Positions 36,201-44,342 of a DNA stretch of 64,000 nt are shown one piece after another (positions within the stretch are counted from its first letter, which is position 1; each line of letters opens with the position of its first letter). The notes beneath the pieces are model-generated. The model ran no database searches. It saw only the letters and a program-made list of their open reading frames with translations, and was not told the DNA's origin. Both the position numbers and the translations under genes were made by a program. The stretch comes from a virus: the IMG/VR virus record IMGVR_UViG_3300046804_001245, positions 32,001 to 96,000 of that record, one strand, 5' to 3'.

Positions 36201-37242
36201 TTCATCTAGAGAGATTTCAATAGGGTTTATTTCTTCTTCATCATAGTATTCAACCTCATAGCCGTGTTGAATACTTTCATATTTGTATGAGTTATCTGTT
36301 CTATCAAACGAATACATTTATTTATTCTCCTTTACTTTCTGTTCTTCCAAATCTTATACGCTACCACTGACACGATAGCAATTCCAATTCCTAGCCATGA
36401 TGCGTAGAAATCAAATTGAGCGGTTTCGAAGGCAATTCCCTCAGAGCCTAGTTCTATTAGTAAGTATCTATCCATTTTGTTTATCTTCTTTCTCTATCTT
36501 GTATGCTGTAAGCATATCCTATGCTGCTGACAATTTCAGGGGTCAGACCCTATATTTTGTGTGAGTTACCTCACACTCTCTATAACCTCATAACCTAATT
36601 GGTTTAGGTCATAGACCCAATACTCTGTATCACAGCATAGGGCGGTGATAGTGGTATCCTCAATATCGCTAGTGATATTGGACAATTCATCGGAGAATTC
36701 TCCACACTCATCACAGGTGAAATTCTTTACTGTATATTCATATTTTAGTGACATATTCTTATGTCCTTTCTTTCTAATACTGATAATCTACCAGGTGCCG
36801 CCGACAATTACAAGGGGTCGGACCCTGTGTTGCTTGTGAATTATCTCACAAGATTTAGATTTTCATCGAAGGTGAGAACCTGTCTAACCTTGTATGTCTT
36901 ATCTATTGGACAAATCATGTTCCAACCTTCAGGGTCTACATGTCCGCAAGTTGGGCAAATTGGGTGAAATTTTTCGTATGTCATTTTCTGACCTACCTTT
37001 CTTTTTTTCTAATACTAAAATAATAACAGGGGGGTCTGACATTTTCAAGGGGACAAATGTCTCAATTCGGACATTTGTGATGTCAATCACACGATTATCC
37101 TGTGATATAGACCACATATGGGCGCAGTATTAGGACAAATCGGACATTGTAAAACTGTGCATCATACAAAATAAAAATATATTAACATTTTTAGAAATCT
37201 AAAATTATAGTCAACTAGAATAATAAATGCTATACTGGCTAC

Positions 37243-37419
37243 ATGGATAAAGTAGAAGATACAAGCTGCTACAGCTATAAGGTCGAAATGATCGTACAAG
37301 TTTTTGCGGAAAATGAAGAAACCGCCAGAATGCAATTAGATGATAAAGGCGGATATGTCACAACCCGCAAAGTAAAATTGATGGACTCAGTACCTTTATA
37401 CAATGGAGTAAAAAAGTAG
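37243..37419 (+). CDS. hypothetical protein (58 aa, not in ORF track)
   Basis: Leaderless after TGcTATACT; MDKVEDTSCYSYKVEMIVQVFAENEETA... Confidence 0.65.
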   Translation: MDKVEDTSCYSYKVEMIVQVFAENEETARMQLDDKGGYVTTRKVKLMDSVPLYNGVKK

Positions 37420-37427
37420 TCAACTAG

Positions 37428-37443
37428 TGTTTCATGTGAAACG
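37428..37443. promoter_or_regulatory. parS-like palindrome
   Basis: TGTTTCATGTGAAACG versus consensus TGTTTCACGTGAAACA; intergenic. Confidence 0.6.
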
Positions 37444-37478
37444 TAGTTAATAAACATTACATGATAAAATAATGGCAT

Positions 37479-37760
37479 ATGAAGAGTGAGAAACTCTCAG
37501 TTGCTAAAAGGAAAGCAGAACTTTATAAGTATCTGCGAAACCTTAAGGAGAACTCTCCTTGTGCTGATTGTGGATCATATTTTCCATATTATGTTATGGA
37601 CTTCGACCACGTTCGTGGGCGGAAGCATAAAAATGTTATGGAACTTGTTCCAACACTGTCCAGAAAAAAGATTGATGAAGAAATCGCAAAATGCGAGATC
37701 GTGTGTTCAAATTGTCATAGAGAACGAACTCACTTTAGAAAACAAAAGAAAGTATCTTAG
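37479..37760 (+). CDS. small HNH endonuclease-like protein
   Basis: CADCG..MDFDH...EIAKCEIVCSNCH. Confidence 0.8.
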   Translation: MKSEKLSVAKRKAELYKYLRNLKENSPCADCGSYFPYYVMDFDHVRGRKHKNVMELVPTLSRKKIDEEIAKCEIVCSNCHRERTHFRKQKKVS

Positions 37761-37764
37761 TCAA

Positions 37765-38259
37765 CTATAATATATCAGTAAAGTAAGTACCACCTACATA
37801 AATTTTTGAGGCGGTAGTAAGAGTAATCGGATATCCCTGATAAAACAAATGTTCAATAACTGGTTTAGGATTAGGAGTATCTCCACCTAACCAATGTAAA
37901 TCTAAAGTTTGACTTCCAGGCATATGATCTGCTTGTATCTGGACATGTCCATTCAATGCATCTGGTGCTTGTGTTGGATCTGCCCAAGCCCAACCTGAAA
38001 AGTGATTTGATGAATTATTATGGGGCGGGAGCGGAAGATCTACCTTAAACTGTCCAGTTCCAAAATTAGTCACAGTAGATAGATTAATATCTATCCAGAA
38101 CGATACTAGATATCCATTCTTGACGTAATAGGAATTATAGGTGGGGTAGGTAGAATTAGCTCCAGTAAATACTAATCCAGTTGCCTGAAATACAGGACTA
38201 TATCTAATAGGTGGTATATGTAAAGTTGGAGATGTAAAGCCTACTGAATTAGATAGCAC
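37765..38259 (-). CDS. beta-rich virion/fibre-tip-like protein
   Basis: YYVKNGYLVSFWIDI..TNFGTGQF.VDLP. Confidence 0.55.
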   Translation of the reverse strand: MLSNSVGFTSPTLHIPPIRYSPVFQATGLVFTGANSTYPTYNSYYVKNGYLVSFWIDINLSTVTNFGTGQFKVDLPLPPHNNSSNHFSGWAWADPTQAPDALNGHVQIQADHMPGSQTLDLHWLGGDTPNPKPVIEHLFYQGYPITLTTASKIYVGGTYFTDIL

Positions 38260-38527
38260 GTTCTATTACCATTACCGCCGCCGTCATTGTATTGGCAGAG
38301 CATACTGCATATAAATGACTATATGCGGAGAGTTCAATTGTAAATGCTTGTCCTGGAAATAATTTAAAGCCATAGCTGCTAGATGACACAGAATCTGTGC
38401 CCAAATAAATATAGCCAGAATCATTGTTATTCTGCACAACTAAAGTATTGGCAGACTGTGTCGAATCTACAATTGTTAGCTCTGTTGGCGTAGATGTGGA
38501 CAATGTAAGATTACGAGTTCTGATCAT
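38249..38527 (-). CDS. small beta-sandwich hypothetical protein
   Basis: LVVQNN..GYIYLG..V....GFKL.PG. Confidence 0.65.
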   Translation of the reverse strand: MIRTRNLTLSTSTPTELTIVDSTQSANTLVVQNNNDSGYIYLGTDSVSSSSYGFKLFPGQAFTIELSAYSHLYAVCSANTMTAAVMVIERAI

Positions 38528-38607
38528 ATTGATATTATACCGCTATCTCTCTTCCGCCGAGTCACTGCATTTTGCACTTATTTTTCGCAATGCGTTGCAA
38601 TTGCACT

Positions 38608-38706
38608 ATAAAAGGACAAATCCCAACCAGAGGCGGATCCGATTGGGACTTGCTACGCCGAAGCGTAAGCACGGGGAGCAAACGGTGGGATGCTACGACC
38701 CGTACA
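38608..38706 (-). ncRNA. candidate sRNA, three hairpins with C-rich loops
   Basis: GTACGGG/CCCGTGC, TACGC-TTCG-GCGTA, TCCCAATCGGA/TCTGGTTGGGA then GTCCTTTT; upstream TTGACT-N17-GATACT. Confidence 0.6.
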
Positions 38707-38748
38707 GATCTAAGTATCACATATATTATTTTTTAAGTCAACTACTTT

Positions 38749-39081
38749 TTAATCCCAAGAACTACCTCTAGTAGTTTTTGGTAAATATTTTTCATCCCCT
38801 GTTAAATCGGCTAGAAGGCCCATTAGACGGTTGCAGTCCTCATGCTTCCAGTAGAAGTAGCAGGTTCCATTTTCGACGCCGTGGCAATTTCCTAGCTCTT
38901 TTTCTAGCCTATTTACCATCCAGCGTAAGGCGCCAGTTGCCATAGCTTGATCATCATAGTAATTCTGAAATTCTATTTTTGCAGTATTCATATATCGTGT
39001 AATTTGATCGATATATAATCTATTCATTTTCTTCCTGTGGAGTATATGATGGGGCGGGGCCCAAAAGATATCCTTGATCAT
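38749..39081 (-). CDS. hypothetical protein
   Basis: ORF; true start probably MNRLYI or MNTAK. Confidence 0.55.
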   Translation of the reverse strand: MIKDIFWAPPHHILHRKKMNRLYIDQITRYMNTAKIEFQNYYDDQAMATGALRWMVNRLEKELGNCHGVENGTCYFYWKHEDCNRLMGLLADLTGDEKYLPKTTRGSSWD

Positions 39082-39223
39082 GATATTTAATCATTTTATC
39101 TACTTCTTCTGCCCCCACCAATTTGCTGGCAATAATTGTCATAACATCATAGATACGGTGTAGCATAATATAATTAACCATATCTAGGTTCTGTGCTAGA
39201 TCTTCTTTATTTTCTTCTGTCAT
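39020..39223 (-). CDS. hypothetical protein
   Basis: 67 aa. Confidence 0.65.
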   Translation of the reverse strand: MTEENKEDLAQNLDMVNYIMLHRIYDVMTIIASKLVGAEEVDKMIKYHDQGYLLGPAPSYTPQEENE

Positions 39224-39289
39224 GGTCTACCTATATCTTCCCAGAATTTTTCTCTACCCATGGCGTCAGTTTCTTTTATCTGTCCGCCG

Positions 39290-39493
39290 TCAGTTTCTAA
39301 CTGCTTTATCCATTCGGTCATAAAAGTCCAATCCTATTTCTTTTTTGTATTCACAAGAAAGACAGTATAGGTAAATTTTATCATCAATTGTTTGATTAGG
39401 CATTAGAAGGCCTTGGTCTAGTGGACATTCCACTTTTGACACAAGGCCCTCTTCTGCTAAAGCCAAATATTTAGATACAACCTGTATCTTCAA
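39290..39493 (-). CDS. Zn-ribbon hypothetical protein
   Basis: CPLD...YCLSC. Confidence 0.65.
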   Translation of the reverse strand: MKIQVVSKYLALAEEGLVSKVECPLDQGLLMPNQTIDDKIYLYCLSCEYKKEIGLDFYDRMDKAVRN

Positions 39494-39508
39494 TGACTTT
39501 CTCCATCT

Positions 39509-40069
39509 CTATTGATTAGGAAACTTTGCTAGCCATTTGCTAACAGATCCACTCTTAATGGATGACCATGAACTCCAGTCATTTCCGCCCTGGGTCATGT
39601 GATACGTTATCTCTGCGTTAATTACTGGATCAAACAATAGTACGTTCGATCTCAGGTCGAATTTCTCTTTGCGATCATCGCCAAGGTTTCCCAGCATGTT
39701 GATCTGAAAAATTCCGTAGGAACTGTCTCCAGTTTTCCTGTTGCCGTTATACGCCATTGGTCGTCCATTGGACTCCGATTTTGCTACGGCCCAAGCCAGT
39801 TTAAGGGCTTTGCCTTCAAAACCTACAGACTTGAGTAGTTGCAGCAACTCTTTATCTGTAAGCGTTTCTGAAGGTTTGTACACAGTGTTGCTGAATTTTT
39901 CCAGCGTTTGTTTCTTCAGTTGTGCTTCTGTTTTTGTCTCTGGTTTTACAACCAAAGCTTTGGCTGGCGTCATTACTTCAGGCTGGACTCCGAATAAGAA
40001 CAATGTTATCATTCCTATTACGGTCCAACTATGAGCAACATCGCTCAACCGTTGTTTGATATTCTCCAT
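39509..40069 (-). CDS. membrane-anchored lytic transglycosylase / lysozyme-like protein
   Basis: N-terminal TM; AVAKSESNG (catalytic E), SYGIFQIN, DP..NA, WSSW; start at MENIK by SD spacing. Confidence 0.85.
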   Translation of the reverse strand: MENIKQRLSDVAHSWTVIGMITLFLFGVQPEVMTPAKALVVKPETKTEAQLKKQTLEKFSNTVYKPSETLTDKELLQLLKSVGFEGKALKLAWAVAKSESNGRPMAYNGNRKTGDSSYGIFQINMLGNLGDDRKEKFDLRSNVLLFDPVINAEITYHMTQGGNDWSSWSSIKSGSVSKWLAKFPNQ

Positions 40070-40153
40070 TGGCATTTCCTCCTTTAGAGATAACGAACTA
40101 TAATAGTAACATTGTTTGGCAATGCCTGTCAAGCCAGTTGACCAGAAAATAAA

Positions 40154-41143
40154 ATGCAAATTTCATTCTCAACACCGATAATCAATATGAAAACCAATAA
40201 TGGTTACGGTCATGCTGGCACAAAAATAGTAGATTCTTTAAAAAATTTAGGTCATGAAGTTCCTTTTCAATATTCAAAAGCACCAGTACAATTAAACTTT
40301 TCTCAACCAGATTATTTTAAACTTCATCGTAATCAATATCAGATTAGTTATACTCCATGGGAATCAACTGTAATTCCTGAAAGATGGGCTAGTCCTTTAT
40401 CTTTAGTTCATGAGATCTGGACAACTTCTGATTGGTGTGCTAATGTGTTTGCAGATAACGGATACAAAGATGTTCGTGTTTTCCCACATGGAATAGATCC
40501 TGTTTGGGCGCCCCGCCGCCGCCGTGATGATGACGTTATAAAGTTTTTGCATGTCGGCGAGCCAGCGCCAAGAAAGGCGGGCCAAATGGTGGTCGACGCT
40601 TTTACAAATCTTTTTGGTAATGACCGACGTTATTCTTTAACACTTAAAGTATATAAACATAATACTACTAGAATATATAATAACTATATAGATAAAAATA
40701 TATTAGGTTTACCAAATGTTCTATATAATAATATATATATAATAGATAAAGATATGACAACTGAAGAATTAGTTAAATTGTATCATGATCATGATGTTTT
40801 AATTTATCCATCATATGGTGAAGGATTTGGATTTATTCCATTACAAGCATTAGCTACTGGTATGCCTACAATTTGTACAGGTGATTGGGCAGATTATGAA
40901 AGATATCTAGGACCATTAAAGTTAAAATCAGAACTTATAGATTCACCTTGGCCTTTTCCACATGAAGGAAAAGTATTTGAACCAAACTATCAACATCTAC
41001 TTGAACTTATGAGAGATGTATCAATAAACTTTAATGCTTATTCTGGATACTATTACGCTCAGTCAACTAAAATACATGAAGACTATAACTGGAATCAGTT
41101 GACCAATAATGCATTCAGTCACATATTTAAAAAGTTTTCTTAA
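40154..41143 (+). CDS. glycosyltransferase family 4 (GT-B)
   Basis: GYG, TPWES, PHGID, RKAG, YPSYGEGFGFIPLQALATGMP. Confidence 0.88.
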   Translation: MQISFSTPIINMKTNNGYGHAGTKIVDSLKNLGHEVPFQYSKAPVQLNFSQPDYFKLHRNQYQISYTPWESTVIPERWASPLSLVHEIWTTSDWCANVFADNGYKDVRVFPHGIDPVWAPRRRRDDDVIKFLHVGEPAPRKAGQMVVDAFTNLFGNDRRYSLTLKVYKHNTTRIYNNYIDKNILGLPNVLYNNIYIIDKDMTTEELVKLYHDHDVLIYPSYGEGFGFIPLQALATGMPTICTGDWADYERYLGPLKLKSELIDSPWPFPHEGKVFEPNYQHLLELMRDVSINFNAYSGYYYAQSTKIHEDYNWNQLTNNAFSHIFKKFS

Positions 41144-41230
41144 ACCCCTTCCCTCTATAAATAAAGTTTGCTAGAATTAGAGTCTTACTAATTTTTAAAT
41201 TTAAACCGCAAGGCGGAGAAAAGGTGTTAT

Positions 41231-43165
41231 ATGTCAAGAGTTATTGAAAACCCATACGAAAATTTCATTGCATTATCAAGGTATGCAAGATGGATGCCAG
41301 AAGAGAATCGCAGAGAAACATGGGGAGAAACTGTAGATCGATACTTTGACTTCATGTTAAATCACCTTGGAAAGAATCACGGATATACACCAGATGAAAA
41401 GTTAGTTGCAGAACTTAAAGATGCTGTTTATAACCGAAATGTAATGCCGTCAATGCGATCAGTAATGACTGCAGGTGCTGCTCTTGATAGAGACCATGTT
41501 GCAGGATACAACTGCTCATTTGTTCCAGTAGATAATCCACGTTCATTTGATGAAACGATGTATATCTTGATGTGTGGAACTGGTGTTGGATTCTCTGTTG
41601 AATATAAGTATGTCAACAAACTTCCTGCCGTCCCAGAATCATTTGAAAAGTCTACCACCGTTATTGTTGTTGAAGATTCAAAGACTGGATGGGCAAAAGC
41701 TTACCGTGAACTTCTTGCAATGCTTTGGGCAGGACAGATTCCAGCAATCGATGTATCAAAACTTCGTCCAGCAGGTGCTCGTCTTAAGACAATGGGAGGC
41801 CGCTCTTCAGGACCACAGCCATTGATTAATCTTTTTGACTTTACAATCGCAAAGTTTAAAACAGCGGCAGGTCGTCAATTGAAACCTATCGAAGCACACG
41901 ATATAATGTGTAAGATTGGTGAAATCGTTGTTGTTGGAGGAGTTCGTCGTTCTGCGATGATCTCGCTTTCAAACATTAATGACATTGAGATGGCGGCAGC
42001 AAAATCAGGTAACTGGTGGGAGAACAATTCGCAGCGAGCCCTTTCAAATAATTCAGTAGCATATTCTCGTAAACCAGAGATGGAACAGTTTATTGCAGAA
42101 TGGAAGAATCTTTATGACTCAAAATCAGGAGAACGTGGTATTTACAATGTGGCGGCTGCTCAAAAGCAGGCAGCACGATGGGGACGCAGAGACCCTGAAA
42201 TCCATTACGGAACAAACCCATGTTCAGAAATTATCCTCAGACCTTATCAATTTTGTAACCTCTCTGAAGTTGTAATCAGAGAGAAGGATACTCGTAAAAC
42301 AGTAGCAGAAAAGGTAAGACTTGCCACAATTCTAGGAACATGGCAATCTACACTAACAGACTTTAAATACCTTCGTAAAATTTGGAAAGATAACACCGAA
42401 GAAGAAAGACTGCTTGGAGTTTCTCTAACAGGTCAATTTGGCAACAAGTTCTTTTCTGGTAAAGAGAATCTAGATGAACTAGGAAAGACGCTAGAAAGTC
42501 TTCGTGAATATGCTAGAGAGACAAATAAAGTAGAAGCAGAAAAGATTGGCATTAACGAGTCTGCCGCAATCACATGCGTCAAGCCATCTGGAACTGTATC
42601 ACAGCTTGTAGGTGTATCTTCTGGAATGCATGCATGGCATTCAGATTATTATATCCGCACAGTTCGTGGTGACAAGAAAGATCCACTATCAACATTTTTG
42701 AAAGAAGTCGGAATTCCAGTAGAAGATGATTTCATGAAGCCAAACGATACTTATGTCTTCTCATTCCCAGTAAAAGCACCAGAAGGCGCTATTACGAGAA
42801 ATGATCTTACTGCTATTGATCACTTAAATACATGGCTCGTATATCAGCGAGCATGGTGCGAACATAAACCATCTATTACTGTATCTGTAAAGGAAGATGA
42901 ATGGATGGAAGTTGGTGCTTGGGTATATAAGCATTTTGATGAAGTATCTGGAATTTCATTCCTTCCACACTCAGATCATAGCTATAAGCAAGCACCATAT
43001 CAAGAAGTTACTGAAACAGAATATTTAGAACTTCTTTCTAAGATGCCATCAGAAATTCGTTGGGAAGATTTGTCTTTCTACGAAACTGAAGACGGAACAA
43101 GTGGAACACAGACTCTTGCTTGTACATCAGATGGTAACTGCGAGATTGTGGATATTTCTGCTTAG
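41231..43165 (+). CDS. nrdJ: class II (B12-dependent) ribonucleotide reductase
   Basis: RRETWGETVDR, YNCSF, GGVRRSA, TNPCSE, CNL, VKPSGT, C-terminal C-x4-C. Confidence 0.93.
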   Translation: MSRVIENPYENFIALSRYARWMPEENRRETWGETVDRYFDFMLNHLGKNHGYTPDEKLVAELKDAVYNRNVMPSMRSVMTAGAALDRDHVAGYNCSFVPVDNPRSFDETMYILMCGTGVGFSVEYKYVNKLPAVPESFEKSTTVIVVEDSKTGWAKAYRELLAMLWAGQIPAIDVSKLRPAGARLKTMGGRSSGPQPLINLFDFTIAKFKTAAGRQLKPIEAHDIMCKIGEIVVVGGVRRSAMISLSNINDIEMAAAKSGNWWENNSQRALSNNSVAYSRKPEMEQFIAEWKNLYDSKSGERGIYNVAAAQKQAARWGRRDPEIHYGTNPCSEIILRPYQFCNLSEVVIREKDTRKTVAEKVRLATILGTWQSTLTDFKYLRKIWKDNTEEERLLGVSLTGQFGNKFFSGKENLDELGKTLESLREYARETNKVEAEKIGINESAAITCVKPSGTVSQLVGVSSGMHAWHSDYYIRTVRGDKKDPLSTFLKEVGIPVEDDFMKPNDTYVFSFPVKAPEGAITRNDLTAIDHLNTWLVYQRAWCEHKPSITVSVKEDEWMEVGAWVYKHFDEVSGISFLPHSDHSYKQAPYQEVTETEYLELLSKMPSEIRWEDLSFYETEDGTSGTQTLACTSDGNCEIVDISA

Positions 43166-43231
43166 TAGTATAATAGAATTGGGTTAACACCCAAATTCCT
43201 GGGCATAGGGCCCAGAAATAAGGAGGTCTTT

Positions 43232-43459
43232 ATGAAAGAAGATCTTAATCAGGATGGAAAGGTAACAATGCAAGAGAAAATTCTAGCAGCGTTAGCAAGC
43301 TATGGCCGTCATTTCCTTGGCGCCGCCATCGCTCTATATATGACTGGTAATACAGACCCAGGAGATTTAATCAAAGGTGGAATTGCGGCATGCTTGCCAG
43401 TAATCCTCAAGGCATTAAATCCAAATGAGCCATCTTTTGGCTTTACCAAGAAGGCATAA
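43232..43459 (+). CDS. small membrane protein, holin-like
   Basis: DLNQDGKVT EF-hand-like start, two hydrophobic segments, ALNP..FG. Confidence 0.6.
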   Translation: MKEDLNQDGKVTMQEKILAALASYGRHFLGAAIALYMTGNTDPGDLIKGGIAACLPVILKALNPNEPSFGFTKKA

Positions 43460-43534
43460 TTTAATAATAGATTAGGATTACTCCTGTGCTAAAATAAGCA
43501 TAGGAGTTTTCCTATTTAGGAGATATTTCAGCAA

Positions 43535-43879
43535 ATGGCAGGACAAAAAAATTGGGAAGTAGATCAAGATACTACTTTCACATTCGTAGTAGAATATAAA
43601 GATCCGAATGATGCAGTCATCGATCTTACTGGCGCTACCGCAAAAATGCAGGTAAGAGATGCTACAGCCCAAAAACTTGCCTTTACTTTAACATCACCTT
43701 CTGGTGGAATAACAATCGACGGAGCCCTTGGCAAAGTTACAGTTAAAATGACTCCAACTCAAACTAAGAAGTTATTCTATCCAAAATCTATTTATGACCT
43801 AATAATCGTAGACAGTAATTCAAATAGAATTAAACTTCTTGGGGGTTACATAACTCTTAAGAGGACTGTCACTGTATGA
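43535..43879 (+). CDS. virion Ig-like adaptor protein
   Basis: IDLTGATAKMQVR...YDL...KLLGG. Confidence 0.7.
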   Translation: MAGQKNWEVDQDTTFTFVVEYKDPNDAVIDLTGATAKMQVRDATAQKLAFTLTSPSGGITIDGALGKVTVKMTPTQTKKLFYPKSIYDLIIVDSNSNRIKLLGGYITLKRTVTV

Positions 43880-44331
43880 CCGAAAATATAGTAGTAGTAA
43901 ATCAAACAGAAAACTCAGTTTTAGTTTCAACTCCTGGTCCACAAGGGCCAAGGGGTAGAACAATTTTAAATGGAGTAGGAGCCCCATCAGCAAATCTTGG
44001 GCTTACTGGAGATTTTTATTATAATACAGCCACAACAGATTTTTATGGACCAAAACTTTCTGATATAACCTGGACTGGCGCAACAGTAATTAAATTTATT
44101 CAAGAGGGATCAGATTATGCATCTTCTCATTCTTGGGAAATAGGACAAGTATCTGGACCAGTATCAGGAATATATTCAGTTTCAATAACACATAATTTAG
44201 GCTTTTATCCTAATGTAACCGTCAAAACAAGTGGCGGAGACATATTGGAAACAGGAATAGATTATAATAGTATTAATCAAATAACACTGACAATGGCTCA
44301 ACCATTTGCAGGGACAGCGTACCTGTCGTAA
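43876..44331 (+). CDS. fibre-associated protein
   Basis: GPQGPRG, G.GAP...G..GDFY, ITHNLGFYP. Confidence 0.7.
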   Translation: MTENIVVVNQTENSVLVSTPGPQGPRGRTILNGVGAPSANLGLTGDFYYNTATTDFYGPKLSDITWTGATVIKFIQEGSDYASSHSWEIGQVSGPVSGIYSVSITHNLGFYPNVTVKTSGGDILETGIDYNSINQITLTMAQPFAGTAYLS

Positions 44332-44342
44332 GGAGATAAAAA

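Larger units (their letters stand above)
31832..37000 (-). other. about 20 tiny ORFs, mostly one per promoter/leader cassette
   Basis: e.g. 31832..31978, 32015..32188, 32408..32665, 33287..33439, 33493..33750, 33743..34012, 34070..34321, 34608..34799, 35536..35730, 36566..36754; most preceded by a CGAAAGGAA-type RBS. Confidence 0.75.
27042..37041 (-). promoter_or_regulatory. array of at least 19 PafBC/RecA-NDp-type promoters TGTCRG-N10-TANNNT
   Basis: 22 bp matches starting at 27042, 27804, 29599, 30839, 31826, 32004, 32213, 33244, 33469, 34046, 34351, 35137, 35279, 35513, 35761, 36351, 36511, 36785, 37020; all minus strand, each upstream of an ORF. Confidence 0.9.
30902..37116. promoter_or_regulatory. 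nine CRP/GlxR-type boxes TGTGA-N6-TCACA
   Basis: Perfect at 30902, 34400, 35816, 36560, 36835, 37076; one mismatch at 32272, 35985, 37101. Confidence 0.85.

Noticed and set aside
24773-37146. Dispersed repeats as a CRISPR array or integron attC sites
   Set aside because: Copies are degenerate, hundreds to thousands of bp apart, and lack constant-length spacers or attC-type long inverted repeats; no integrase is in the window.
40070-40153. c-di-AMP (ydaO) riboswitch upstream of the muralytic enzyme
   Set aside because: The intergenic space is only about 85 bp and is taken up by a TTGACA-N18-TACTAT promoter and RBS.
41231-43165. Intein or intron in nrdJ, terL or recA
   Set aside because: Lengths are normal, reading frames are continuous and no splicing motifs were seen.
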